NCBI GenBank assembly: GCA_024277355.1
Contig: JAJRVL010000006.1
Coordinates: 1-25,703, forward strand
DNA: 25,703 nt
DNA from: an archaeon
Lineage (GTDB): Archaea > Iainarchaeota > Iainarchaeia > Iainarchaeales > 1-14-0-10-31-34
Direction: 5' to 3'
Notes under the pieces: generated by a model
What the model saw: only the letters and a program-made list of their open reading frames with translations
Databases searched by the model: none
Told to the model about the DNA's origin: nothing
Translations under genes and position numbers: made by a program
Shown: positions 1 through 8,386 of the stretch, in pieces
Numbering within the stretch: the first letter of the stretch is position 1
Layout: the number at the start of each line of letters is the position of its first letter

Positions 1-1826
1 CAATAGGAGAAAAACAAAAAAAATTCATTGAAAAACAGGAATTAATGAACAAACAATTAGAAGAAACAAAAGAAAGAATAGAAGAAACAAGAATTTTACT
101 GTCAGAAAAAGAAATAAAAGCAGAAAAAGAAAAAATAAAAATAGAAGAAACAAAACAAAAAATAGAAGAAATAGAAATAAAATTAGAAGAAAAAAGCATT
201 CAGCTTGAAAAAGAAAAAGAAAAATACTTCAATAAAAAAAGCGAAACAGAAAGAATAGAAAAAGAAATTAAAATGCATTCATCTTTTTTAAAAGAAATAC
301 AAGAAGACTTAAACAACCAGAAATTAAAAGAAAACGCTTTATCATTAAAAAACACAGAAAAAAAATTACAGGAATTAGAAAAAGATTTAGAAGTAAAAGA
401 AAAAAAAGAAGAAATAAAAGAAGAAATACTGAAATTAAAAGAAATAAAAGAAAAACTAGAAAAAGAAATTAAAGCAATACTTGAAACATTAGATGAATTA
501 GGAAGCGTTGAAAGAGAAGAAAAAATAAAAAAACAAAAAAATGAAGCAGAAAAAAGTTTAGAAGAAAGCATAAAAGAAAAAGAAAAAATCAATTTAATTC
601 TAGAAGAAATAAAAAAAGAAAAAGAAGAAACAAAAAATCAGTTAACTGAATTCAAAAAAGAAGTTTTAACTGAAAACAGTTTAATTGAAGAAGTAAACAA
701 AGAAAAAATTTTACTAAAAGAATTAGAATTGAAAAGAAATTCAATAAAAGAAAACTTAAAAGAAAAAGAAGAAACAAAAAGTGATTCAGGAAATGAAATA
801 GAAGAAACCGAAGAAGAAATAATTGAAACAGAAAAAAACATTAAAAAAGAAGAAGAAAAAACAACTGAAGTTGAAAAAAAAATAAAAGAATTAACCATTG
901 AACTGGAAAAACAAAACAGGCAGAGTCATTTATTTTATGAAGAAAAAGAAAAAGTAAATAAAAAAATAGAAGGAATAAAAGACAAAAAATCAGTAACTGA
1001 AAATTCAATAGCAAAACTATCAAGGCAGGAAAATGAAATAAGAATCGACAACTCAAAAAATGAAGTAAGGATTGCAGATTTAGAAGAAGAAATTAAATCA
1101 TTTGAAGAAACAGAAGTTATTGAAGGAAAAGAATTAGGTGAATTAAAAGAAAGACTGAATAAAATTGAAAGAAGAATTAAAGAATTAGGCGCAGTAAACA
1201 TGAAAGCAATTGATTCATTCCAGGGACAAACAAAAGAATTAATTGAAATAAAAGAAAAAGCACAAAAATTAGATGAAGAAAGAATTGCAGTATTAGACTT
1301 AATTGAAAAAATAGAAATAAAAAGAGCTTCAGCTTTTAATGAATGCTTTACAGAAATAAATGAAAACTTTAAGAAAATGTATTATTCTTTAGGAGAAAAA
1401 GAAGGAATACTGAAATTAACTGAAGAAACTGATAAAACTAAAGCAGGATTATTAATTGAAGCAAAATATTCAGAAAATAAAATGATTAATATTGATTCAA
1501 TGAGCGGAGGAGAAAAAACTTTAACAGCCTTAGCATTTTTGTTTTCAATTCAGTTATATAAGCCTGCTCCATTTTATGTTTTTGATGAAGCAGACGCAGC
1601 ATTAGATAAAACTAATTCATTAAAAATGGCTAAAATGATTTATGAAGTATGCAGAAAAAGCCAGTTTATTGCAATAACTCATAATGATTCTTTAGTTAAA
1701 GAAGCAGATCAGATTATTGGAGTTGCATTAAACAAACAGAAAAGTTCAGTTATAGGACTGAAATTAAAAGACAAACTTGAACAAGAAATTAATGAAAATA
1801 ATAAAACTGATGTTTCAGTAAGCTGA
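1..1826 (+). CDS. smc: Chromosome segregation protein SMC, C-terminal half (coiled coil plus ATPase C-lobe); 5' end lies outside the window
   Basis: The frame of ORF 45..1826 is open back to base 3 (IGEKQKKFIEKQELMNKQ...). Long heptad-like E/K coiled coil, then GAVNMKAIDSF, LSGGEKTL-type signature (MSGGEKTLTALAFLFSIQLYKPAPFYVFDEADAALDKTNS) with Walker B/D-loop. Confidence 0.95.
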   Translation, partial: IGEKQKKFIEKQELMNKQLEETKERIEETRILLSEKEIKAEKEKIKIEETKQKIEEIEIKLEEKSIQLEKEKEKYFNKKSETERIEKEIKMHSSFLKEIQEDLNNQKLKENALSLKNTEKKLQELEKDLEVKEKKEEIKEEILKLKEIKEKLEKEIKAILETLDELGSVEREEKIKKQKNEAEKSLEESIKEKEKINLILEEIKKEKEETKNQLTEFKKEVLTENSLIEEVNKEKILLKELELKRNSIKENLKEKEETKSDSGNEIEETEEEIIETEKNIKKEEEKTTEVEKKIKELTIELEKQNRQSHLFYEEKEKVNKKIEGIKDKKSVTENSIAKLSRQENEIRIDNSKNEVRIADLEEEIKSFEETEVIEGKELGELKERLNKIERRIKELGAVNMKAIDSFQGQTKELIEIKEKAQKLDEERIAVLDLIEKIEIKRASAFNECFTEINENFKKMYYSLGEKEGILKLTEETDKTKAGLLIEAKYSENKMINIDSMSGGEKTLTALAFLFSIQLYKPAPFYVFDEADAALDKTNSLKMAKMIYEVCRKSQFIAITHNDSLVKEADQIIGVALNKQKSSVIGLKLKDKLEQEINENNKTDVSVS

Positions 1827-1831
1827 TTAAA

Positions 1832-4174
1832 TTATTTTTTTTGACTGATTGCTTTTTTTGTTTTTGCTTTCAGTAGTTTAGTCTTTTTCAGGGTTTCTTT
1901 TTTTTCTTTAATTGAATCCGTTAATTCTTTTATTGAATCTTTTTTTAATTCAATTTCTTCATCGATTAATTCAGCGTATTTTTCATTGAATTCTTTAATT
2001 GAAATAAGGTTTTTTGATTTTAATTTTTTTAAGTCTCTTATTATTCTTTCTCTTGCTCTTGCTTTTTCTTTTTTTTCTTCTGATTCAATTAAATGAGAAG
2101 AAATTGAATGCATTTTAGTTCTTAATTCTTTTATCTGGAAAGAATAATCATTATTTAATTCTGAATGCTTTTCTTCTGAAATTTTTCCTTTAAAAAAAGC
2201 ATCATCTGAATTTCTTTTTAATTTTCTTATTTCATCTAACTGCTGTTCTAAAGTCTGTTCTTTTGTTTTTCTTGTAAACAGGAAAACAAAAGAAACAATA
2301 ATTAAAATTAAAAAAACAACTGCTAACGCAATTAAACCTGTGTCAGAAACTAAATTTTGTTTGGGTTTTTCTTCTGAATCAATAAAATCTGTTTCAGTAA
2401 AATCAGCATAATACGGATAAACTGAATCAGAAACAGCAAACAATTCTTCTGAAAGATAAGCTAAAGCTAAACCGCTTTTTATTTTATCTAATGCAGTTGA
2501 AGCATAACCTTGTTCTTTATAAAAGTCTGCTGCATTTAAAAAATATTTCGCATGGTCTAAATAAAGCCTGCTCCAGACAAAAGGATAATTTCTTAAAGAA
2601 AGATTTTTGTCAACTGCATTAATTTTTTCTTTTAAAAGGTTATATGATTCAGTTAAAGAAAGGTCTTTTGATTCCATTGAAGATTTAATTAAAGCATAAC
2701 TTGAAGCTGAATCAAAAGCAGTAACTAAATACCATGAATAATATTCTGCCTGCTTAGCAGAATTAAGTCTTCTTAAAATATCATCTTTTTCTGTTTCATC
2801 TAATGAATCAATTGAGTTTTCTGAAGCAATAATATAATTATCTGAATAATTTTTAAAAAAATCATCAGCCTTTACTTTTTTTTGAGACGAATTTGTTTTG
2901 GTATATAATTCTCTTGCAGTTTCAAACCAAGCTAAAGCAAACTCATAATCTTCAATTCTTTTCATCGAATCTAATTCCTGTGTTCTTGCACCAGAAGAAA
3001 TAACTATTTCAGATACATTTTCTATTTTTTCAATATTTATTTCAGCCCATAATAATCTTTGTTTTGCTGCAATATGCCATTCAAGGAAATCAATTGGAAT
3101 AAATCCATCTAAATTTTCTTTTAAATTTTCAATATTCTTTTTTAAGCCGTCAACTTTTAATACAAACAATTTTGAATCAGACTGCAAAATTGAAGGGTTC
3201 TCTGAAACGTCTTTAACTAAAGAAGCATAAACTTTTGCAATAAAAATATTATTTGCAGCTGAATACAAATAATTTTTTTCATATAATATTTCACCTTGAG
3301 TTAAACTTTGTTCAGCTGAATTCAAAGTAGTTAACAAAAAAGAAATTTCTGATCCATCTTCAATTGAAGTATTAGATAAAGCAGTTCGTGCTCCTTTAAT
3401 AGTTACTTTTGCTTCACCCAGCATTCTTTTAGATAATTCTTTCATTATTTTTAAGTCATCTGATTCAGGCAAAGGTTCAGGCAGGAATTCATTTATTTCT
3501 GAAGCTAATTCCTTTGAAGCATTAACATCAATTTCTTTTATTTCAGAAAAAGCATATTTTAATACTTCATCTATTCCTGAAACTTCAATTACTTTCATAT
3601 TCCAATTTTCTTCTGCATAATTAATTAAATTAATTGTTTTAACTGAATCATCTGTTTTAATTACCTGTCTTGATTCGCCTTTAGGAATCATAAATAATTT
3701 TAATCCAATTCTGTTTGCTTCCTCGCTTTTTGCAAAAACTCCTCCAACAGGGCCAACTTTTCCCTGATTTGAAATGGTTCCGGTTATTCCTACTTCATAA
3801 TTTAATGTTTTGTTTTGAAGCATTGAAATAGTCAATAAAGCCATTGCAGCACCTGCACTTGGCCCTTCAACAATTGAAGCATCAGAATCAATATCAAATA
3901 AGAAATCATAGTTTTTTGTTTCATCAGAATAATTTGATGCGACACTTAAAGCAGTTCTTTCAGCACTTTGAGTTGTTGTTCCAACTAAAGGATTAACATT
4001 ACTCCAGATTTCCCCTGTTCCTTCTCTAATAGTTAAATGCAAGTCAGCTGTAACTGCATCGCCTTCAGTTGTAACAGCAAAAATTTTCATTGAACCATTA
4101 GGCAGTACAGCAAAAACATTAGATAAAAGTAAAATAAAAATAAACAAACAAAAAAACTTTTTTTGGATAACCAT
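1832..4174 (-). CDS. Exported/membrane-anchored S16 (Lon-like) serine protease without an AAA+ domain, with C-terminal TM segment and coiled-coil tail
   Basis: N-terminal signal sequence (KKFFCLFIFILLLSNVFA). Lon catalytic-domain motifs DASIVEGPSAGAAMALLTIS (Ser) and GKVGPVGGVFAKSEEANRIG (Lys). Late TM helix GLIALAVVFLILIIVSFVFLF, then a Lys/Glu-rich tail. Confidence 0.88.
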   Translation of the reverse strand: MVIQKKFFCLFIFILLLSNVFAVLPNGSMKIFAVTTEGDAVTADLHLTIREGTGEIWSNVNPLVGTTTQSAERTALSVASNYSDETKNYDFLFDIDSDASIVEGPSAGAAMALLTISMLQNKTLNYEVGITGTISNQGKVGPVGGVFAKSEEANRIGLKLFMIPKGESRQVIKTDDSVKTINLINYAEENWNMKVIEVSGIDEVLKYAFSEIKEIDVNASKELASEINEFLPEPLPESDDLKIMKELSKRMLGEAKVTIKGARTALSNTSIEDGSEISFLLTTLNSAEQSLTQGEILYEKNYLYSAANNIFIAKVYASLVKDVSENPSILQSDSKLFVLKVDGLKKNIENLKENLDGFIPIDFLEWHIAAKQRLLWAEINIEKIENVSEIVISSGARTQELDSMKRIEDYEFALAWFETARELYTKTNSSQKKVKADDFFKNYSDNYIIASENSIDSLDETEKDDILRRLNSAKQAEYYSWYLVTAFDSASSYALIKSSMESKDLSLTESYNLLKEKINAVDKNLSLRNYPFVWSRLYLDHAKYFLNAADFYKEQGYASTALDKIKSGLALAYLSEELFAVSDSVYPYYADFTETDFIDSEEKPKQNLVSDTGLIALAVVFLILIIVSFVFLFTRKTKEQTLEQQLDEIRKLKRNSDDAFFKGKISEEKHSELNNDYSFQIKELRTKMHSISSHLIESEEKKEKARARERIIRDLKKLKSKNLISIKEFNEKYAELIDEEIELKKDSIKELTDSIKEKKETLKKTKLLKAKTKKAISQKK

Positions 4175-4235
4175 AAACTAACCAATAAAATAAAAGAAAA
4201 AAGAGTTAATAATTGTTTTGCTTTTTTTAGTTCTT

Positions 4236-4901
4236 ATGAATAAAGGCCACGAACAAGTATGGAAAGAAAATAACTGGAAAAGATTTACTTCAACACACAT
4301 AAAAAAAGTTCTCCCAATAATTAAAGAAAACAAAGCAAAAAGAATTCTGGATTTAGCCTGCGGTCCCTGTTTAGGAGGAGCATTTCTTTTAAAAGAAAAA
4401 GGATTTAATGTTTTTGGGTTTGATGCATCAAAAACAGCAATAAGAAAATGCAGTGAAAAACTTGAAGAAAAAAAACTTTTAATTGGAAATATGTATGAAA
4501 AACTTCCTTATGAAAATGATTTTTTTGACTGTGTTATCTGCTTTCAGGCAATAAACCATGGAACACTAAAAGAAATAAGAAATTGTTTCAGTGAAATTTC
4601 AAGGATACTAAAAAAAGACGGATTGTTTTTTGTTTCATGCGGATTAAGAAATATTTTTAAAAAAGAAACAAAAAATATTTTTGTTAATGAAGTTGACAAC
4701 GAAAAATGGAGTTATTCAGAAAAAGATAATACTTTTACGCCGATAACTGGAATGGAAAAAGGAATACTTCATTATTTTTTTGAAGAAAATGAATTAATAA
4801 ATGAATTAGAAAAATATTTTGAATTACAAAAAATAGAAAATAAAAAAATAATTAAAGCAGGAGCTAAAGGGCATTTAGCTTATGCTAGAAATAAAAAATA
4901 A
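4236..4901 (+). CDS. Class I SAM-dependent methyltransferase
   Basis: ILDLACGPCLGGAFLLKEKGFNVFGFDASKTAI (motif I and acidic motif II) and NDFFDCVICFQAINH. The ORF track starts at TTG 4218; ATG at 4236 (MNKGHEQ) looks more likely. Confidence 0.85.
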   Translation: MNKGHEQVWKENNWKRFTSTHIKKVLPIIKENKAKRILDLACGPCLGGAFLLKEKGFNVFGFDASKTAIRKCSEKLEEKKLLIGNMYEKLPYENDFFDCVICFQAINHGTLKEIRNCFSEISRILKKDGLFFVSCGLRNIFKKETKNIFVNEVDNEKWSYSEKDNTFTPITGMEKGILHYFFEENELINELEKYFELQKIENKKIIKAGAKGHLAYARNKK

Positions 4902-4917
4902 AAAAAAGAAAAGAGGT

Positions 4918-5217
4918 TTAGCCGAATAAAGAGCCTAAACCTGCTGCTGCTTCTTCTTCAGTTTTGCCTTTGTCTTCTACTTTTTCTTCTTTCTTTTCTT
5001 CGCCTGCTGGTGCTGAAGCTTGTGCTGGTGCTGCTGGCATAACTGAAGCTGATTTAATTGCTTCTTCTATATCAACATCTTTTAATGATGCAACTAAAGC
5101 TTTAACTCTTGATGAATCAACTTCAATTCCTGCTGCCTTTAAGACATCAGTAACTGCTTTTTCGTTGATTTCTTTTTTTGCGGCGTGCAAAAGCATTGCA
5201 GAATATACATACTCCAT
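4918..5217 (-). CDS. rpl12: Large ribosomal subunit stalk protein P1 (archaeal L12)
   Basis: [54 protein letters not shown], Ala-rich hinge, acidic linker and terminal [15 protein letters not shown] at 5217 is preceded by GGAGGG. Confidence 0.96.
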   Translation of the reverse strand: MEYVYSAMLLHAAKKEINEKAVTDVLKAAGIEVDSSRVKALVASLKDVDIEEAIKSASVMPAAPAQASAPAGEEKKEEKVEDKGKTEEEAAAGLGSLFG

Positions 5218-5266
5218 TTTATTCCCTCCAAAAAATATAATTGAATAAAAAATCAATTAACAATAA

Positions 5267-6298
5267 TTACTTTTTCTCCTCTTTTTTTTCTTCTTTAGTT
5301 TCTTCTTTTTTGTTTTCAGTTTCTTCTTTAACTTTTTCTTCTGGTTTTACATCTTCTTTTTTGTCTTCAGCTTTTTCTTCTGTTTTGGTTTCTTCTTTCT
5401 TTTCTTCAGCTGGTTTTTCTTCTTGTGTTTTTTGATCAACCTTTTTTTCTAAAAAAGGTTGTTTTACTTTTGATTTTAAAACTGATGCCTGTAAATTTGC
5501 TTTTGAAATAAATGATTCAATTGTTTTTGAATTCATAATATTTGCTTCTAAAGCTAAATTCATTGAATCAAACACTGCTTTAGTTAAAAGCAAAGGAATT
5601 GTTTCTGAGTTTGTATAAGAAAGATTTAATGCTAAATTAAATGCGTTTTGTCTTGCTGAAACAAAGTTATTGAATACTTCTTCTTCATCAAAGTCTAATA
5701 CTTCTGCTTTAAATAATTCTCCTTTTTCATATACTGCAGTTAAATTTAATTTAACTTTAATTGGTTTAATATTTAATTTAGATAAAACTGATGCTACTGC
5801 TTCAGAGACTTTTTCTCCTTTTTTGCATACAACAGTGTCTTCTGAAACTTCAATTGAAGCTCCGGCTAATTTAACTTTTAACCCTGCTGCTTTTAAGTCG
5901 CTTAATGCTGGACCTGGGGGCAAACCTGTGTCTCCTGCAGGAACAATAATATCTATAGGAGAAATCATTCCTGTTTTAGCAGGAGAATTTCCTTTATTTT
6001 TTTTAATTAAAGAATATAATTCAAATGCATTTAATTCAGTGAATACAACTGCAATTGAATCTTTAGTAAAATCTTTTAATCCTGAATCTTTTAGTTTTGA
6101 CTGCTCTAATGCTTTCTGAAAAATTCTTGTTTTTGAAACTTTTACAACAGCCTTATCAGCTAATAATTTTCTTACATCAGCAAACAAGTTAGCAGAAAAA
6201 TTTTTTAGTTCTGCTACACCTACAATAGGATATTTATCAAATAACTGTTTTAATTCTTCTACTTGAGATTTTTTCCAGTCAATTGCATTAGAAGTCAT
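5267..6298 (-). CDS. rpl10: Large ribosomal subunit protein L10 / stalk base P0 (uL10) with atypical Lys/Glu-rich C-terminus
   Basis: N-terminus DWKKSQVEELKQLFDKYPIVGVAEL, GNSPAKTGMISPIDIIVPAGDTGLPPGPALSDLKAAGL, and stalk-helix region AFNLALNLSYTNSETIPLLLTKAVFDSMNLALEA. ATGA overlap with L1. Confidence 0.95.
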   Translation of the reverse strand: MTSNAIDWKKSQVEELKQLFDKYPIVGVAELKNFSANLFADVRKLLADKAVVKVSKTRIFQKALEQSKLKDSGLKDFTKDSIAVVFTELNAFELYSLIKKNKGNSPAKTGMISPIDIIVPAGDTGLPPGPALSDLKAAGLKVKLAGASIEVSEDTVVCKKGEKVSEAVASVLSKLNIKPIKVKLNLTAVYEKGELFKAEVLDFDEEEVFNNFVSARQNAFNLALNLSYTNSETIPLLLTKAVFDSMNLALEANIMNSKTIESFISKANLQASVLKSKVKQPFLEKKVDQKTQEEKPAEEKKEETKTEEKAEDKKEDVKPEEKVKEETENKKEETKEEKKEEKK

Positions 6299-6960
6299 TT
6301 TTTTGCCTCCTTTTCGCCGATTTTAATTGGAGGACCCATTGTAAGTTTTACAAGGACTGACTTAATGTTTTGATTTTTTGCAGGAAGTTTTTCTTCAACT
6401 GCATTATATATTGTTAAAATGTTTTCAGCTAAATCCACATCCTGCATTACTTCTTTTCCTACATTAACATGAATTAAAGGCATGAATTTTCCTTTTTTGT
6501 TTGTAAGTCTTGTACTTCCTGATGAAGATTCAAGTACAGATTGAACTTGTCTTAAATCCTGAGTAATTGGTTTAGGCATTTTTCCTCTTGGGGCTAAAGT
6601 TTGTCCCAAGAATTTTCCTACTGCAAGAATTGCAGGACCTTCAGCTAATAAAACATCATAAGTTTCAGCTATTTCCTGAATTTCTTTTTTAGATAACTTT
6701 GAGATTTCAGGTTCCATTATAATTTTTGAAACAATTCCGGTTAATTGTTTAGCAAAATCTTTGTCTTTGACAAAAGCTAAAGAATTAGCTTTTTTTGCTG
6801 AACCGTGAGGAATTTTTACTTCTAAGTCAATTCTATTTGCTGCTTTTTTAAAGTCAATTCCTTTAAAATTAATAGTTAAGTCTACTGACTGCTGGAATTT
6901 TCTTTTCTTAGATTTGTCTCTTGCTTCAGATAAAGCCTGAATTATTTCTTCTTGTTTCAT
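6295..6960 (-). CDS. rpl1: Large ribosomal subunit protein L1 (uL1)
   Basis: FKKAANRIDLEVKIPHGSAKKANSLAFVKD, GKFLGQTLAPRGKMPKPI, VGKEVMQDVDLAENILTIYNAVEEKLPAKNQNIKSVLVKLTMGPPIKI. SD GGAGG upstream. Confidence 0.95.
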   Translation of the reverse strand: MKQEEIIQALSEARDKSKKRKFQQSVDLTINFKGIDFKKAANRIDLEVKIPHGSAKKANSLAFVKDKDFAKQLTGIVSKIIMEPEISKLSKKEIQEIAETYDVLLAEGPAILAVGKFLGQTLAPRGKMPKPITQDLRQVQSVLESSSGSTRLTNKKGKFMPLIHVNVGKEVMQDVDLAENILTIYNAVEEKLPAKNQNIKSVLVKLTMGPPIKIGEKEAKK

Positions 6961-6970
6961 ATAAAAATTG

Positions 6971-6987
6971 CCTCCTGCTTAAAGCAG
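6971..6987 (-). promoter_or_regulatory. rpl1 leader: hairpin CUGCUUUAAGCAG whose 3' arm abuts the Shine-Dalgarno GGAGG
   Basis: Reverse strand CTGCTTTAAGCAGGAGG. 5-bp stem at 6975..6987, SD at 6971..6975, ATG at 6960. Confidence 0.5.
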
Positions 6988-7050
6988 TCAAACAGCGTAA
7001 AATTAAGTTTATTATAAGAAAAAAGTAAACAAAAAGGTTTAAAAAAGGAA

Positions 7051-7395
7051 TTATTTTTTCTTTTTTCTTGATTTTTTAGCTTCAAGGGATAAATCAAGGC
7101 TAATCATTGAATGAATATAATCTTCATTACCTAATTTTTCTATTGCTTTATCAGAAATACCTAATTCTTTAAGTCTTGCATAATCAGATTCAATTGAAGG
7201 AGTTCCTCTTTTGTTTTTTGAAATAATTTTTTTATTTGCCTGCATTTTTTTTGGTCTTTTTTTTGCTGCAGCTTGCAATTTTAGTTTTTTAAGCAAAGCA
7301 AGATTTATATTAATTATTTTCTGTCTTTTAACCAGATTCTTTTTTCCAGCAGGAGTTAATCTTCTTGTTTTTAATCTTGGTTTAGGTTTAGGCAT
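7051..7395 (-). CDS. Small highly basic protein of unknown function encoded upstream of the ribosomal L1/L10/P1 genes
   Basis: 114-aa ORF with K/R-rich ends (MPKPKPRLKTRRLTPAGKK... AKKSRKKKK) and a short acidic/helical C-terminal part (SDYARLKELGISDKAIEKLG). Has ATG and plausible TATA spacing. Family not recognised. Confidence 0.65.
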   Translation of the reverse strand: MPKPKPRLKTRRLTPAGKKNLVKRQKIININLALLKKLKLQAAAKKRPKKMQANKKIISKNKRGTPSIESDYARLKELGISDKAIEKLGNEDYIHSMISLDLSLEAKKSRKKKK

Positions 7396-7414
7396 AAAAA
7401 GATAATTGTATTAG

Positions 7415-7426
7415 AAATATATAAAG
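7415..7426. promoter_or_regulatory. Candidate bidirectional TATA element between the small basic protein (-) and membrane protein (+) genes
   Basis: aaatatataaag; near-symmetric TATATA core, centre about 23 nt from ATG 7443 (+) and about 25 nt from ATG 7395 (-). Confidence 0.5.
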
Positions 7427-7442
7427 GTTATGGAATAAAAAA

Positions 7443-7874
7443 ATGAAATCAGAAAAATTTATTGAATTAAGAAAAGCAAAAAGTTTAGCTGTATTAATTA
7501 CAGCAACAACAATTATTTTATACATAACAAAGGGCTTGTTTTTGGCTTCAGAAATCTTAATGATTTTTTTAGGTTTAAGTGCGTTAATTAAAACAAAAAT
7601 TAACAGAACTAAATTAAACGAAAAAAAATCTGAAATAAAAAAAGGATTTTATTTTTCTGTTTCAGCAGTAATTTTTGGTTTTTTAATTGAAAAGTTTTTT
7701 GAATTAAATTTTATAATTGAATCAATTTTATTTGCTTTAATTTTTGCAGTCATTAAAGAAATTTATTCTGAAAAAAAAGAGAAATGGATTAATGCTTTTG
7801 TTTTAACTGGAAGCATTTTGATTTTTTCAGGAACAATTTTATTAATTAAATTAGACTTAATGAAATTTATTTGA
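7443..7874 (+). CDS. Small multi-pass membrane protein of unknown function
   Basis: 143 aa with about four hydrophobic segments (LAVLITATTIILYITKGLFLASEILMIFLGLSALI, GFYFSVSAVIFGFLI, FALIFAVI, ALIFSGTILLI-like). TATA box about 23 bp upstream of the ATG. Confidence 0.65.
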   Translation: MKSEKFIELRKAKSLAVLITATTIILYITKGLFLASEILMIFLGLSALIKTKINRTKLNEKKSEIKKGFYFSVSAVIFGFLIEKFFELNFIIESILFALIFAVIKEIYSEKKEKWINAFVLTGSILIFSGTILLIKLDLMKFI

Positions 7875-7905
7875 TTCAGTTAATTAATTTTTTTAGTTGT
7901 TTAAA

Positions 7906-8376
7906 TTAATTTAATTTTGAATCAAATTTTCCTTCTTGTAAATCTTTAATGGCATCTTTTGCTTTTTTGTCTTCAATTGTAATCCCTAAAGAATTACATG
8001 AACCCATTATTTCTGAAACTTGAGATTTTAGTTTATATGAACTTAAATCTGAAGCCTTCATTTTAGCTAATTTTACTACCTGTTCAATTGAAAGATTCCC
8101 TACTTGAGTTTCTTTTGCATTTGCAGTTCCTTTTGCAATGTTTGCTTCTTTTAAAATTATTGAACTTACAGGAGGACTTCCCACTTCAATTTCAAAATTC
8201 TTTTTTGAATCAATTTTAATTTTAACCGGAACTTTCATTCCTGCATAATTTTTTGTTTTTTCATTTATTTCCTGAACGATTTTCTGAATATTTACTCCTA
8301 ATGGACCTAAAGCAGGCCCTAATGGTGCTGCAGGAGAAGCTTTTCCTCCTTCAACCATAACTGAAACTTCTGGCAT
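7906..8376 (-). CDS. rpl11: Large ribosomal subunit protein L11 (uL11)
   Basis: VEGGKASPAAPLGPALGPLGVNIQKIVQEINEKTKNYAGMKVPVKI and C-terminal GSCNSLGITIEDKKAKDAIKDLQEGKF. SD AGGTGA upstream. Confidence 0.96.
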   Translation of the reverse strand: MPEVSVMVEGGKASPAAPLGPALGPLGVNIQKIVQEINEKTKNYAGMKVPVKIKIDSKKNFEIEVGSPPVSSIILKEANIAKGTANAKETQVGNLSIEQVVKLAKMKASDLSSYKLKSQVSEIMGSCNSLGITIEDKKAKDAIKDLQEGKFDSKLN

Positions 8377-8386
8377 TTTCTCTCAC

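Noticed and set aside
200-1201. Antisense ORFs 200..592, 638..898, 841..1056 and 935..1201 on the minus strand of smc
   Set aside because: Phe/Ser/Leu-rich translations are the mirror of the Glu/Lys-rich coiled-coil coding strand. No initiation signals, and fully contained within a strong gene.
5267-5460. GAA/AAG-rich repetitive DNA in the rpl10 3' end, considered as a possible tandem repeat or CRISPR-like array
   Set aside because: It is in-frame Lys/Glu low-complexity coding sequence with no regular repeat-spacer periodicity.
4964-6119. Plus-strand ORFs 4964..5248, 5241..5435 and 5670..6119 opposite rpl12/rpl10
   Set aside because: Antisense artefacts of low-GC ribosomal protein genes. 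Ser/Phe-rich low-complexity translations with no family resemblance.
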